Below are positions 1 through 11,661 of a stretch of DNA of 64,000 bases, one piece after another. The stretch is from the NCBI GenBank assembly GCA_012295275.1, contig CM022673.1, forward strand, positions 2,852,001 through 2,916,000, given 5' to 3'. The position numbers and the translations under genes were made by a program. The notes under the pieces are model-generated. The model did not search any database, was not told the DNA's origin, and saw only the letters and a program-made list of their open reading frames with translations. This stretch comes from Chrysomallon squamiferum. Lineage: Eukaryota; Animalia; Mollusca. How positions within the stretch are numbered: the first letter of the stretch is position 1; each line of letters starts with the position of its first letter.

Positions 1-2204
1 AAAAAAGATCTATTAATGAAAATGAGAAAAAAAAAAAAACAGTTCATAAAACAAAGGAACCTGCCTGTAATTTTTCTGACCAAACCATTTCCTTTCATTT
101 TTGTAATAGAAACTTCACACATCAAACAATAAAAAATAAAATTAAAAATTAAAAATAAAAAAAAAGAGTCAATATCACTTCTTCAACTGGGAATATTTCC
201 AGAAAACCTTGAAGGAAAAGATCAAACCAAATAACTGGTTAAAAAAAAAACCGAGTGCAGATATAATCCTTCTCAAATGAAAAAAAAAAAAATCACTGGG
301 AATAGCCTCAACTTTAGCTAATCTGTTTGTCTTTGTTGTTTAAGCAGGCTGGCAGTTTTTGTATTTGGAAATCAAATTGATCATGTGACCATCATGTGGT
401 TCCAATGTCCATAATAGGAAGACAATTAGGTGTTTGAAAATTTCAAGCAGATGTGAACGTTACTCATTTTTCTGAAAATCAATATGGTAATCTAATTCAC
501 ATAAATTTGCATAATTTACACATTTTGATTTAATTTTTTTCCTTATTTGTCGTCTTCTTTTATTTCTTTCTTATTGTATCTTTTATTTTTTCTTTTTTTT
601 TTTTTACTTTTTTGATATGTGAAATTTGTTAACAAAAGTTAAGGAAGAATTATCAAAAGTAAATGTTACTTAATATTTTTTTTAACAAGGTTTATAAAAA
701 AAAGAAGTAAATAAAACAATAAATAATTAAATAAAGAAATAATGATGATGATGATGTGATGATAATTATAATAATAACAATAACAGTAAGAAGAAGAAGA
801 AGAAATGAAATAAAACAGAAATATATTTAAATATCCAGAGCTTTCTCATAATAATTTTACTTTAAATATATTTCTGAAGTTGCATGAATTTTTGTATTCA
901 AAATATAAATATGTACATGGGATTACTCATAATAAGAGTGTGAAAATTTTGATTATGTATTTGTAAGATGTTATATTACAGTATGGTTTTAAAAAGAAAT
1001 GAAGAAGAAAGAAATCCCTGTTATTACTGTAATTACAACAGTACATGTAGAATGAATGCAAACTGTACAAGTGTAATTGATGTCGACAAATCCAAAGATT
1101 TCTGTATTGTGTATGTTAGATATTTAGATCTATTTACAAAAAGAGAAGTAAACAATACAGCATCACACTGTCATAGTATCAAACAGAAAATAAAACAAAA
1201 TCCATTTTAATCAGAATTACAAACTATTCATTTGAACCATTAATAACATATAACAAATTTTTAACAATGTCTACAAAGTTGAAAAACTAAAATGGAAACA
1301 AAATATTATATTAAAACTATTTTTTTTCACTACCTTTGTTTGTAGGAATCATTAATTTTCCAAAAACCAAAGACACAACTCTTACGCCTTTTTGGAAAAG
1401 AACTGCCAGAAATCCCCAAAGCATTATAACCTGTTTCCTTTTCACAAATAACAAACCAGATGAATATTTCTAAACTGTCCTTCAAAAATCAAATTAATTC
1501 TTCAAAGACCTGCCTTAGAATTTAACAACACTTGTAAAAAAAAAAATACAAAAAATGAAATTAGGTGGCCATAACTATTCTGATTTATTTAAAGCTGAGT
1601 ATTGTTGTCCAGTAGAAATGCCAAACAGAATACAATCAATCTTTTCTTCACTTTTACTTTTTTTTTTTTTTTTTTTTAAAATAGCAACAATGGATAATAA
1701 AATAATGATGAAGAAAAGTATTTACTTGCTTATGTCCTTGCAGTTTATGGCAGAACATGAAAGTCCTGGAAACCAAACTGGCAATTAAACATGATGATGG
1801 GCTGCTATTAACATTAATTAATTAAACAAATGAACACCACTACCCGTTAATGCCAGTGTTGGCCTTCGACTTAGATATAAAACATTTAAATTACAATTAA
1901 AAAAACCTCCCCCAAATCCAAGTAAGCTTACCTGGGGATAACACAGTTTTCTTTTCTTTTTTTCAACATGCAATAACATGAGACAAACGCTTTTTTCTAA
2001 TTTAATTTTTTAGATCATTCTTTTTTAATTATCCTTAACTGCCATATCTAAATACAAAGTACAGTGCACATTACTATGAATGTGACAGGCAAGCTTAAAC
2101 TTCAAGGATACATATTTATGATTTCTCCTGCCATTATTGCACTGCATTCCAGCCTTAGTTAATATTGAAACAGAGTCAAAGCATGATCATAAAGAAAGTT
2201 TTAC

Positions 2205-2306
2205 AGTCCTCTTTTAACCAAAGAAAGAAGCTGGAACCACGATATGATCCCAGTACCTACCAGTCTTTAGAGATAATGGCTTAACCACTGCACCATCATG
2301 ACTGGT
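2205..2306 (-). mobile_element. tRNA-derived SINE remnant (head)
   Basis: The minus strand has the A-box-like TGGTGCAGTGGTTAAG and a degenerate B-box GGGATCATATC at tRNA-like spacing. Confidence 0.5.
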
Positions 2307-2654
2307 CAAGTTTTCTAAACAAAAGCACTCTATTAGTTTATAACAAAATTAATAAACTGAAGCCTCCAACACAGATATATGTGAATGTAAATATACATAT
2401 GTAATGTATATATACATTAGTATACATACACATATATGTATGTGCATATGTTATGCGTATTACCTTACATCCAATTACATGTGATCCCCAACACAGTACC
2501 TTCATATGTGAAAATATCCATGTTATTACACATCTGTTTTACGTATGACTGTCTTCATGTGTGGATATACACACATTATCTCATGTCCTCGTTATGATAT
2601 TACACTTGTTGACACACATCCAATTTCTCACAGCCCCTAGTTAATTTTGCTCAC

Positions 2655-2930
2655 CGGCACATAATCTACAAACCTGCGGATATGTAACAGAATTATTTGT
2701 ACATTTCCAAGAATCACTGATTTTTGTTTCTGCCAGATTAAATAATCAAGTACCAAATCCTTAAATCAAGATAATCTTCTTAATCCTAAAAGAAGTAATC
2801 GGCATAATTGCCGTGAAGCAAACTGTTAAGCATGGATTATAATAATCCGAATGTCCGAGTAGTGACTGCACAGTAACACAAATCAGTGGTGATCATCGTA
2901 AGTAACGACCAGCGCTAATCTTCCCAGCTA
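2655..2930 (-). other. Candidate internal first exon/promoter downstream of the acidic exon
   Basis: Donor CCG|gtgagc at 2655/2654 and a local CpG cluster at 2800-2915. Confidence 0.35.
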
Positions 2931-4425
2931 CCAAGCATCTTTTGAAAGCAGCAGGTAGTTTGGTAAGTCTTTACCAAAATGAGCAATTCACACAGTTTGA
3001 TTTGGCTCAACCTGTGGAGTCCTTGGTTAAGATATGGCTGGGAAATGATATTCACCTACTGGGCCAACACGAAGTTATCATTAAACAAAACCCATATTCA
3101 CAGTTGTTGTTATTAAACACAGACTCTTTTTGATGTTATTATTAACTTCAATAAAAACACAGGCTCACTGACAAAAAACAAAAAAGCAAAATATTATTTA
3201 TTTCCAGTTGGAAATTCTTGATAGTATTGAATCCATAGCTTAATGATTTTTTGAATTTTTATCTTGTCCTTTGAAAAGGCCAAACATCATAAATCCATTA
3301 ATCCACGGTATTTTATTTGTGCACATTCTGCATCTGAATAAATATTTGGTCCTTTAGGCTGACATGTCTTCCACATTATCTTGTTGTCATGGTATCTGTC
3401 TGTTTTACCTGGTATCCATAGCAATATGAATAAGTTTGATTGTTTGACTTAACTTTCATCTGTTTCCTTTCCTTGGAATCTGTCGTTTTTACCTGCTATT
3501 TGTAGTTATCTGATAGCAACAGATTTTTCTCTGTCACCTGACTTGTGTCATCTGGTTTCCTTGATAACTGATTGCATCTTCAGGCACGGAATCTAACTGC
3601 CATTTACTTAACAAGGACAAAGTGGGTGTGTTCACTCCTGGCTGGGTAAACTTATGCTACATAATCAATGACCAATCATCAAATACTCTCTTGTGGACTG
3701 CCGATACATTTTGCTCATTTCTAACTGTTAATATGCTCACCAGTGAGAAGATTATGTCGTTTTTACCTTTTTGAATTTGCATGTGTTTGTATATGTGGTG
3801 GTGTATGTTGTGTGTATTTTGTGTCTCTGTTTGTCTTAGTAATATAATGTTTTACTTTTATATTTATATGCAGAAGAATGTATGTAATAAGTGCACACAA
3901 GTATACATCCAGCTAATGCTCATTCACATCCACAGATAGCTATCATCATGGTTATTATGATGACATACACACAGACATATGCACGTACGCACAGCTGTAG
4001 TAATCCGTCTACAATTAATTCTTATTCGATGTTGTTTTTACTGTTTCATAAATCTTGAGTACACCTGTATCGTATTACACCTGGCCCCTCCCAAGCATGT
4101 CACCATGGTTTTATTGATCCACCAGTACTGATCAAACAAGTGACATTGGTGTAGCAAGGTAATGGTCAGCTGGCTGTTACTACTGATTTATGCATGTACT
4201 GTGAAACACTGCAGCAGTAAAACACATTTATAGCTAGAATGGTTGCTGTAAATCTCACAGGAGACAGGTAAATAATGATGTCCCCGGTTTTAAAATGGCT
4301 AAATCTATTAGGTAACTAGATGTATAATCATAGCTGATATCTGTTTAATTAAGCTTAATGGATAAACTACCTGCTTTTAAATGTAATTTAGAAATTTGGT
4401 TAAATAAATCTTTTCATACAAATAA

Positions 4426-4488
<63 letters not shown>

Positions 4489-6055
4489 GTTTTTCTATAT
4501 TATATATACTGAATTTTTTTTTAATTTTTTTTAAACTAGCAGTATTTTACTTATCTTTCAATTCCTCAAACAAGAGTTTTAACTTAATACTAAGACAGTT
4601 AAGACCATTCAGTTTGATTTAGTTAAAAACACTTTGAAGAATGCCAAAAATGGTTGTTCAATAATGCCATGATCTAAGAGTTCATTTAATTTTCTTCAAA
4701 CTTTATAAATAATACTACAGAGTTTACTTTATGTAAAAATGTAAAAAGATAAAGACTAGGTGGCTGAAAGACAGAAGGAGAAAGAAAACGACAGAAATTA
4801 AAAAAGCCATTAACAAACTGAATAAAATGGTAAAAATATCTTAATAACATTTTTGTTTTAATTTAATTTTGTTTCATCTTCTTATGTTACTTCAGTACTT
4901 TGAAGTTATATACTAAAAATCAATGCCACAGTTGGCCAGATATAATAATAGTATTTAAAAAAACAACAACAAAACAAAACAAAAACAAACCCACCTAAAA
5001 ATAAATAAATGGAAAATGGAAAATCAATGTATTACTGCAATTAAACAACAGAGACCAGGTTTATTCAAGCACACATCATATGCTATAACTTCAGTATAAA
5101 TCAATGGAGTCTTCCATCTTACACAAAGATTCAAATATTAACACAGCAAATGCTCATTATTCATCACAAATCAAGAGATGAATGAATTATTTTTCTTAGA
5201 ATGTTTTTTTTTTTCTTTCTGAATATTTTCTTTTCATTGTAAAGTAAATTTTGCTGTAAACATTTGATGAATTGATAATTAATGTCAACCGATGAAAGTG
5301 CCCAGTCAGTGTTAATATTTCCCCATGGACAAGTTTAAAATAACTGTAATGAAATATATTTAAGTAATGCCTGGGTGAGTGATATATTGATTATTATACG
5401 CTATTAGCAAAGAACACACTTTTGTAGATAATGCTAGAAAACAAGTATTAACCCCTATGAGAATACAAAAATAATCATTGTATAAATTATTAAATACATG
5501 AAAAAGAATTATGTTCAATAGAACTGAAAGTCTGAGTTAAGAAAAAAAAAAAAAAAAAAAATCAATATTTACTCCCCCCCACACACAAAATAATAACAAT
5601 GAATAAATAAAAGAGTGAATGAATAAAAATGTACTGAAGTATAAACAAAAAGAAAAATCCATGATTATTACTGATATTTTTAAACTCTGGAACCTTACTT
5701 CATAAACCTTGGTTTTCATTTCTTTTTTATTAATCATTATAAAATGTTTTGCCAAAATATAATATTCTTAATAGACAGACAGACAGACAGATATATAGAT
5801 CAATTTTTTTCTTCAAAATTTAAGACTCAGATTTTATTCTTAAATCTCAGTCTTTCGTTGTCATCATCTTATATCTTTTCTTGCACTTTTTCTTTCATCT
5901 TCTCTCTCTTTCACTGTTATTTCTCTACTGATACTGGGATTACTGGTCCAAGATAAATTTCTTTCTGTTTAGTGTGTTTATAAAACTACAGTAGTTCTAG
6001 CAGGCCAAGGGAAATCACTCTTCCCTCCTTAAACTATGTGATAAAGCAGCAATAC

Positions 6056-6510
6056 CGTAACTGTTCCATGCTCCTCCAGAATTCCTGTGAGTTGCTCCAT
6101 GTCACATTGGAATTCCTGTAACTTGCTCCATGTTATATTGGAATTCCTGTAACTTGCTCCATGTCATATTAGAATTCCTGTAACTTGCTCCAAATTACAT
6201 TGGAATTTCCATAAGAAGTCCCAGTGATTATATCAGAATTTCTGTAATCTTATAACTTGCTCCATGATATGGTACATTTCCTGTAACTTGCTCCGTGACA
6301 CATTACATTCCCTATAACTTGCTCCTTGTTACATTAGATATCCAGTAATTTGCTCCAGTGATTATATCAGAATTCCTGTAACTTGCTCCATAACATATAA
6401 TTCCAGTAACTTGCTCCATAACATATTATAGTTCTTGAAAGATGCTCTGTGATATACACAAAATTCCTGTAACCTTCTCTGTATTACATAATAATTTGTG
6501 TAACTTACTT
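6056..6510. repeat. Degenerate 31-bp minisatellite (ttcctgtaacttgctccatgttatattggaa), roughly 13-14 units
   Basis: The core cctgtaacttgctcc recurs with a ~31-bp period (e.g. 6113, 6144, 6175). Confidence 0.9.
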
Positions 6511-7654
6511 CATGATATATATAAATGAAATCTTGATATTTTATATTTGATCCACGATGTATCAGGATTTTTGCAATGCTGATCCATTATATATATGCAA
6601 TCAAGATATATACAATGAAATTTAATACACTGGAACCCTTATAATCTAAATACTGATAATGTAAGAGATATTACATTTTTACCAGGTCATAAAAAAAATC
6701 ATTAAGATACATTTGGTTTTGGTTTCTGTATTTATGCTGATTTATTTTTCTTGGAATTTAATGTTTTTAAAAAAAAAAAAAAAAAAAAAAAATAAAATAA
6801 AAAAGTTTATAAATAAATAAAAAATATAAAAAAAAAAAAAAAAAAAAAATGTATAGTTATTGAAACTATATAATAAGCAATATGCTTGAGTATTATGAAA
6901 TCATAACAACAGGCATTGGTTTGTTTTGTGATCTTGGTTTGTGCTTCTGTATGATAATAATTTCATCCATCTAGCTTCCATACTATGATTGTAACCAACT
7001 TTATAGGGGGAGGGAATTTCTACTCTTTTTGTAAGTATTAATGTTTTAATTTATTTTTTTATTTATTTATGATTATGATTATTATTATTATTATTTTTTG
7101 AGTACATATTAGCTATGATTGGTTTTTTTTTTTTTTTCTAAATCATTTTATCAAATGGTAATAAATATATTATTTTATTACTAATGCAAAGTTGTTTTTT
7201 TTTACCTTTGAAAAAACACTAGTCAATGAAACACCTTATTCCATTTAGTAAACCTGCTGGTTTTTAAACTGTACAATTTTATTTTTTTTCATCTTATATA
7301 ATTTAATTAGTGTCATATTTAATAATTTTATATCAAATGGTAAAGAAACAAATGAATGATTCCCTCCTAACTGAAGTTAGTAAAAATTTACAACATCATG
7401 CCACCATTTATGACATACATGCAATCATTCCCTCACAAACACATACATATTAATTATACAGCAGCAAACAATTTTATACTTCTTTTTATATAACAATGAA
7501 TCAGACCATTTAAGCATCAAACAGAATCAAAGTTGTTAAATACACAAATACAGACGTAGTCTTTGAATATGGATGTAAAGTTTAGCTTTTGCTGTGACCA
7601 ATGGCAATAAAATTTCAGAGCATTTAATATCAGGACATTATTTAAAACCATATA

Positions 7655-7690
<36 letters not shown>

Positions 7691-7889
7691 TAAATTATGA
7701 AAAAAAATTTAAAATTAAAAAAAAAAAAGTTTAAAGTATTATTATTAGACATATTCATATTTTCAAAAGTGACTGTTTGATGCTGTAAGGTCAGGACAGT
7801 TTTGACACTTCAGGGAAGAATTTTGTCTCCTCCTAAATATGGAAGAAGGAAAATGTGAAGTTAGTATTTTAATAACAAATTTGACCAAC

Positions 7890-8957
7890 CTCTTTTGGCT
7901 TTTCCACCTCTTGCTTCTCCACTTCCACCTCCTCTTTTGCCACTTCAACCTCTTCTTTTGCCACTTCAACCTCTTCCTTTGCCACTTCCACCTCTTCTTT
8001 TGCCACTTCAACCTCTTCCTTTGCCACTTCCACCTCTTCTTTTGCCACTTCAACCTCTTCCTTTTCCACTTCAACCTCTTCCTTTACGGCCTCCACAGTC
8101 TCCTGCTTTTCCTCGACCTCCTCCTTCTTTTCAACAAACTCCTCTTCATCAGTCATGGAGGGGCTCCTGGTGTGGTCCACGCTGTGAGTCGGAGAGCGGC
8201 TGCAACTACGACTTGGACTACGGCTTCGCTCAAAGCGATCCTTTTCTTGAGCAACATCTTCACCATCTATTTTTATGTCCACACCATGATGTTGGACTGT
8301 GCCATTATCATATTTGGTCTGGGCATTTGTTTCCTCATAATCGATATGCACAAATTCATCATCACTGTCTGGCTTCACTTCGTCTTCATACTCTGCAGTC
8401 TCTTTGACTGTTGTTGTTGTTGTAGTTGTTGCAGTGTACTCATCCTCATGGTCTGAACTCACCTCATGCTCTGGTGGTTTGGACTCTGTGACAGTGGTCG
8501 TCTCTGTGATGATCATGTCTCCATCTTCGATGATCTTCTCTGATGTTACAGTAACCATGTTATCCTCGTCGAAATGATGATCATCTCCATTTCCCATCAG
8601 GTCATACAAAGGATTAGCCGATGCTGATGTTGTTGAAGTTTCTACAGAAGGTTCCATGATGCTGCTCTCATCGTGGATGTCAGCACTGTTTGACAGTTCA
8701 TACAGTGGATTTGCTGAGCTGTCCTGGGTCGTGTTTTCTTGGGAGTCAGTGTAACTGGACTCCAGAGTGGAAGATGTTTCGGTTTTGGTTGTGAACTCGT
8801 ACAGTGGATTGGTGGAGTCTCCGCTGTCGATGAACACAGTTTTACTCGATGATTCGGAAGCCATCTCAAACAGTGGGCTGGAAGAATCGGTGGCCTTCTC
8901 CTCAAAGTTCAAGTTAAAAGAATCAGCAGTCCCATTCTGAGGCTTCCCGTTTGAAAC
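7890..8957 (-). CDS. Large coding exon of gene A: acidic, Ser/Thr/Glu-rich disordered region (VSNGKPQNGTADSFNLNFEEK...KQEVEKPKE, ~356 aa)
   Basis: The acceptor tgatattttag|GTT at 8957 is in frame with the 347-aa ORF 7869-8912. GC rises sharply and CpGs are retained. The 3' end is ambiguous: either the donor GAG|gttggt after 7890 (phase 0) or read-through of 6 codons (VGQICY) to TAA at 7869-7871. Confidence 0.88.
7917..8084 (-). repeat. Coding 21-bp tandem repeat, 8 copies of KEEVEV(A/E)
   Basis: Plus-strand units are gccacttc(a/c)acctcttc(c/t)ttt. The translation is KEEVEVE (KEEVEVA)x6 KEEVEVE. Confidence 0.95.
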
Positions 8958-9954
8958 CTAAAATATCAGAATTAAAACCATTGTTAGCAAACATCTTCTG
9001 ACCACATCTTCACACAGTTAATTGGATATACATCATCATCATTCACAATACTGGTGAACATTTTCTATTCGTGTTGATTTTAAATGATCACATATGTGAA
9101 AGAAAAAAATATAATACAAAACAGCAAACACTTCTTGTATTATACTTGAAGATTATGCAGAATAATTTTATTGTGTATTTAAACAAAATTGAAACATGTT
9201 TAACATTTCAAATGAGTATCTGAAACCAACAACAAAGAAGATGCAATTAAGCTGAGTATTAAGCGTGCAGTAATTCATATATTCAACAGTTTTATTAACT
9301 GTCACAGAGTTAGAACAATGAGTTTTCAGATGCGTAAAGTTAATTGAAAAAGTGAAATATGAAGAATAACAAACTTTTCTTCTAAATAAGCATCTGATAG
9401 ACTGTTAGAATCCTGAACCAAGGCAGACATGCTGAATGGTATCAGTAACTATTAAATAACTGAAGAATTAATACACTTAGTTTCATAAACGTCCGAAATA
9501 CTCATGAACTTCTTAATGTGATTCATTTATCATTCTTATGTATTCAGTATAAAGTAATTGTAACATTTATTTATCTCTCTATCTCTTTTTCTTCATACAC
9601 ACAAATACACTCACACACACACACACACATACACGTATTTATAATATTAATACTCAAATTTTTTATTTGATCCAAAGATATGTATGTTTATGTCTATATA
9701 TGTATGAGTATGTGCACACCTCATATTTATTTTGTATATATATATTACACATACGCCCATAAAATACAATGAGATCAGTCAGGTGACAAGAAGAACAATA
9801 GAAACAGAATGTCTGTTAGGCTTGTAGTGAGTCATTTTGTGACATCCTGCTGCAATGATAAACATTTGTGTAAAAGTGTCGTCTCTTGAATAAACAAATC
9901 CATCAAATTCTTCACTACTTTCACAAATCTATTGTAAAATGCACTCATATAAAA

Positions 9955-10087
9955 CAGTTATTTTCCAAATGTGACTGCAATTACATAAACAGTGGGAATG
10001 TTTTATTAGTTCTGTATGATTTATACAGATTGTTAAGAAACAGGTAGTGAAGATGATGCAGACACCCAGAAGGTTTGGAAACCACTG
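9955..10087. mobile_element. Possible decayed hAT-type MITE
   Basis: Ends CAGTtatTTTCCAAA ... TTTGGAAACCACTG are imperfect inverted repeats of the CAGTGGTTTCCAAA type. The 8-bp target duplication is only half preserved. Confidence 0.3.
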
Positions 10088-10199
10088 GTTTAGATTCTGA
10101 AGACAGTGAAATAATATGCTACCAATAATGCTGTTATTACCAACTCCATATTTGCTAACTTAAGGCTGAAGGAATCATTTAATATATGAATTATTTTTT

Positions 10200-10795
10200 A
10201 TATAAGCAGTATACCAACAATAATCATATTACTCAGTTTTGTTTGATAGCATCTGCAAATGTTGATATTTGGACTATATTTGGTGAGCAGTATATGCCAA
10301 TTCTATCCTGAAAGTAATTTAATATCAATATACTGAGTTACTATTGGTGAGCAGTATACTAACTGCATGTAGACACATTTCTAGTTAATAAAATCAGATA
10401 AAACTTTTTGTTGGACTAATGTTTTTGTGAAGAGTATACTATTTCACCACCTCTGGCTAATAAAGCCAAAACACCCACTTTACACTGAATTTTAATTTTT
10501 TTTTTAAATTATTTGCATGCAGCATACAATACTGCTTCTTGACTTATCACTTTGGTTAATAGCAACACATGCATTTTATTAGGAGTAATATTTTTGTGAG
10601 CAGTATACCTGCTGCATCCTGATTCAAATTAAAAGTTATGTGAACTGTTTTTGCTAAAAAGTTAGCTAAACTTCGTATTGATATTATCTTGTTATGAGCA
10701 GTATACCATCTCAATCTTGCCCCATCACTTTGCTTAATAATAAAGTCAGATAAATTGTATGTTGAGATAACTTTTTGTGAGGAGTATACAAAACT
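10200..10795. repeat. Degenerate array of the core (t)ttgtgagcagtatac with ~65-100-bp spacing
   Basis: Core copies near 10203, 10281, 10345, 10423, 10515, 10592, 10692 and 10773. Confidence 0.7.
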
Positions 10796-10912
10796 CCCTT
10801 CTGACTCATTCAGACCAGGATGATCCTCATGTGGGAACATGCAGCCTTTTATGCTTCGTGGATAAAAATGTCTATCTCACAAATAAAGGTTACACACACA
10901 TACACGAAAAGT

Positions 10913-11040
10913 CAGTCTGGATAGCGAAGTGACTAGTCATCAAGTACAAAGGCCAGGAAGAAGGGGGTACAAATCCCACTACTGGCTCCAAACCAGAAGC
11001 TGGTACCCCACAGACATTTGAACATGTTTAAGCTTAAGAG
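10913..11040 (+). mobile_element. tRNA-derived SINE remnant
   Basis: A-box-like TAGCGAAGTG and B-box-like GGTACAAATCCC, followed by an A-rich tail region. Confidence 0.4.
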
Positions 11041-11498
11041 TAACAGGAACAAAACTCAAAACCATAACAAAACAGACAAAAAAAAAAAAAAATAATAATA
11101 ATAATAACAATAATAATTAAGAAAATTAATAACTGACCACAAAACTCACATTAAAATACTACCACTTCTAAGAATAATAATAAAATAGTTTTAAAAAAAA
11201 CCCCTAAAACAGTACACACCAAAACCTATAAACTGGCGACCAAATAAAAGCCAAAAAACTCAAATGAATCCTGTTACACAGAATGAGTTTATATCCTAAC
11301 CCGTGATACAAAACATCATAAACTATTTTAAATGGCTCAGTCTGGGGGCATATCAGGTCAGTCACAATAAGGTTATCTTTACTTAGAAAACTGCTTGTCT
11401 ATACCTGTGTGTGCTTGAGATAGATATCCATTATCTGTAACATGAACATTATCTTTTGTTCACTTACACATATAGAGAAAGTAAATATATATATATAT

Positions 11499-11502
<4 letters not shown>

Positions 11503-11537
<35 letters not shown>

Positions 11538-11582
11538 AAAAGTGAAGAGGTAGAAGGATGGAGAAAAATACTGATGCAGGAG

Positions 11583-11659
<77 letters not shown>
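11503..11659. repeat. (GA)n microsatellites (similar tracts at ~4428-4484, 27169-27236, 38978-39032, 46563-46636, 57317-57401)
   Basis: Direct. Confidence 0.95.

Positions 11660-11661
<2 letters not shown>

Noticed and set aside
7763-8905. Overlapping ORFs 7763-8074(-), 7839-8456(+), 7895-8407(+) and 8642-8905(-)
   Set aside because: These are shadow frames of the repetitive acidic exon, with no independent splice or start evidence.
10200-10795. CRISPR-like repeat-spacer appearance (also considered for 6056-6510 and 53814-54125)
   Set aside because: Eukaryotic intron with no cas genes. The cores are short and degenerate and spacing is irregular, and the other arrays are plain tandem repeats without unique spacers.
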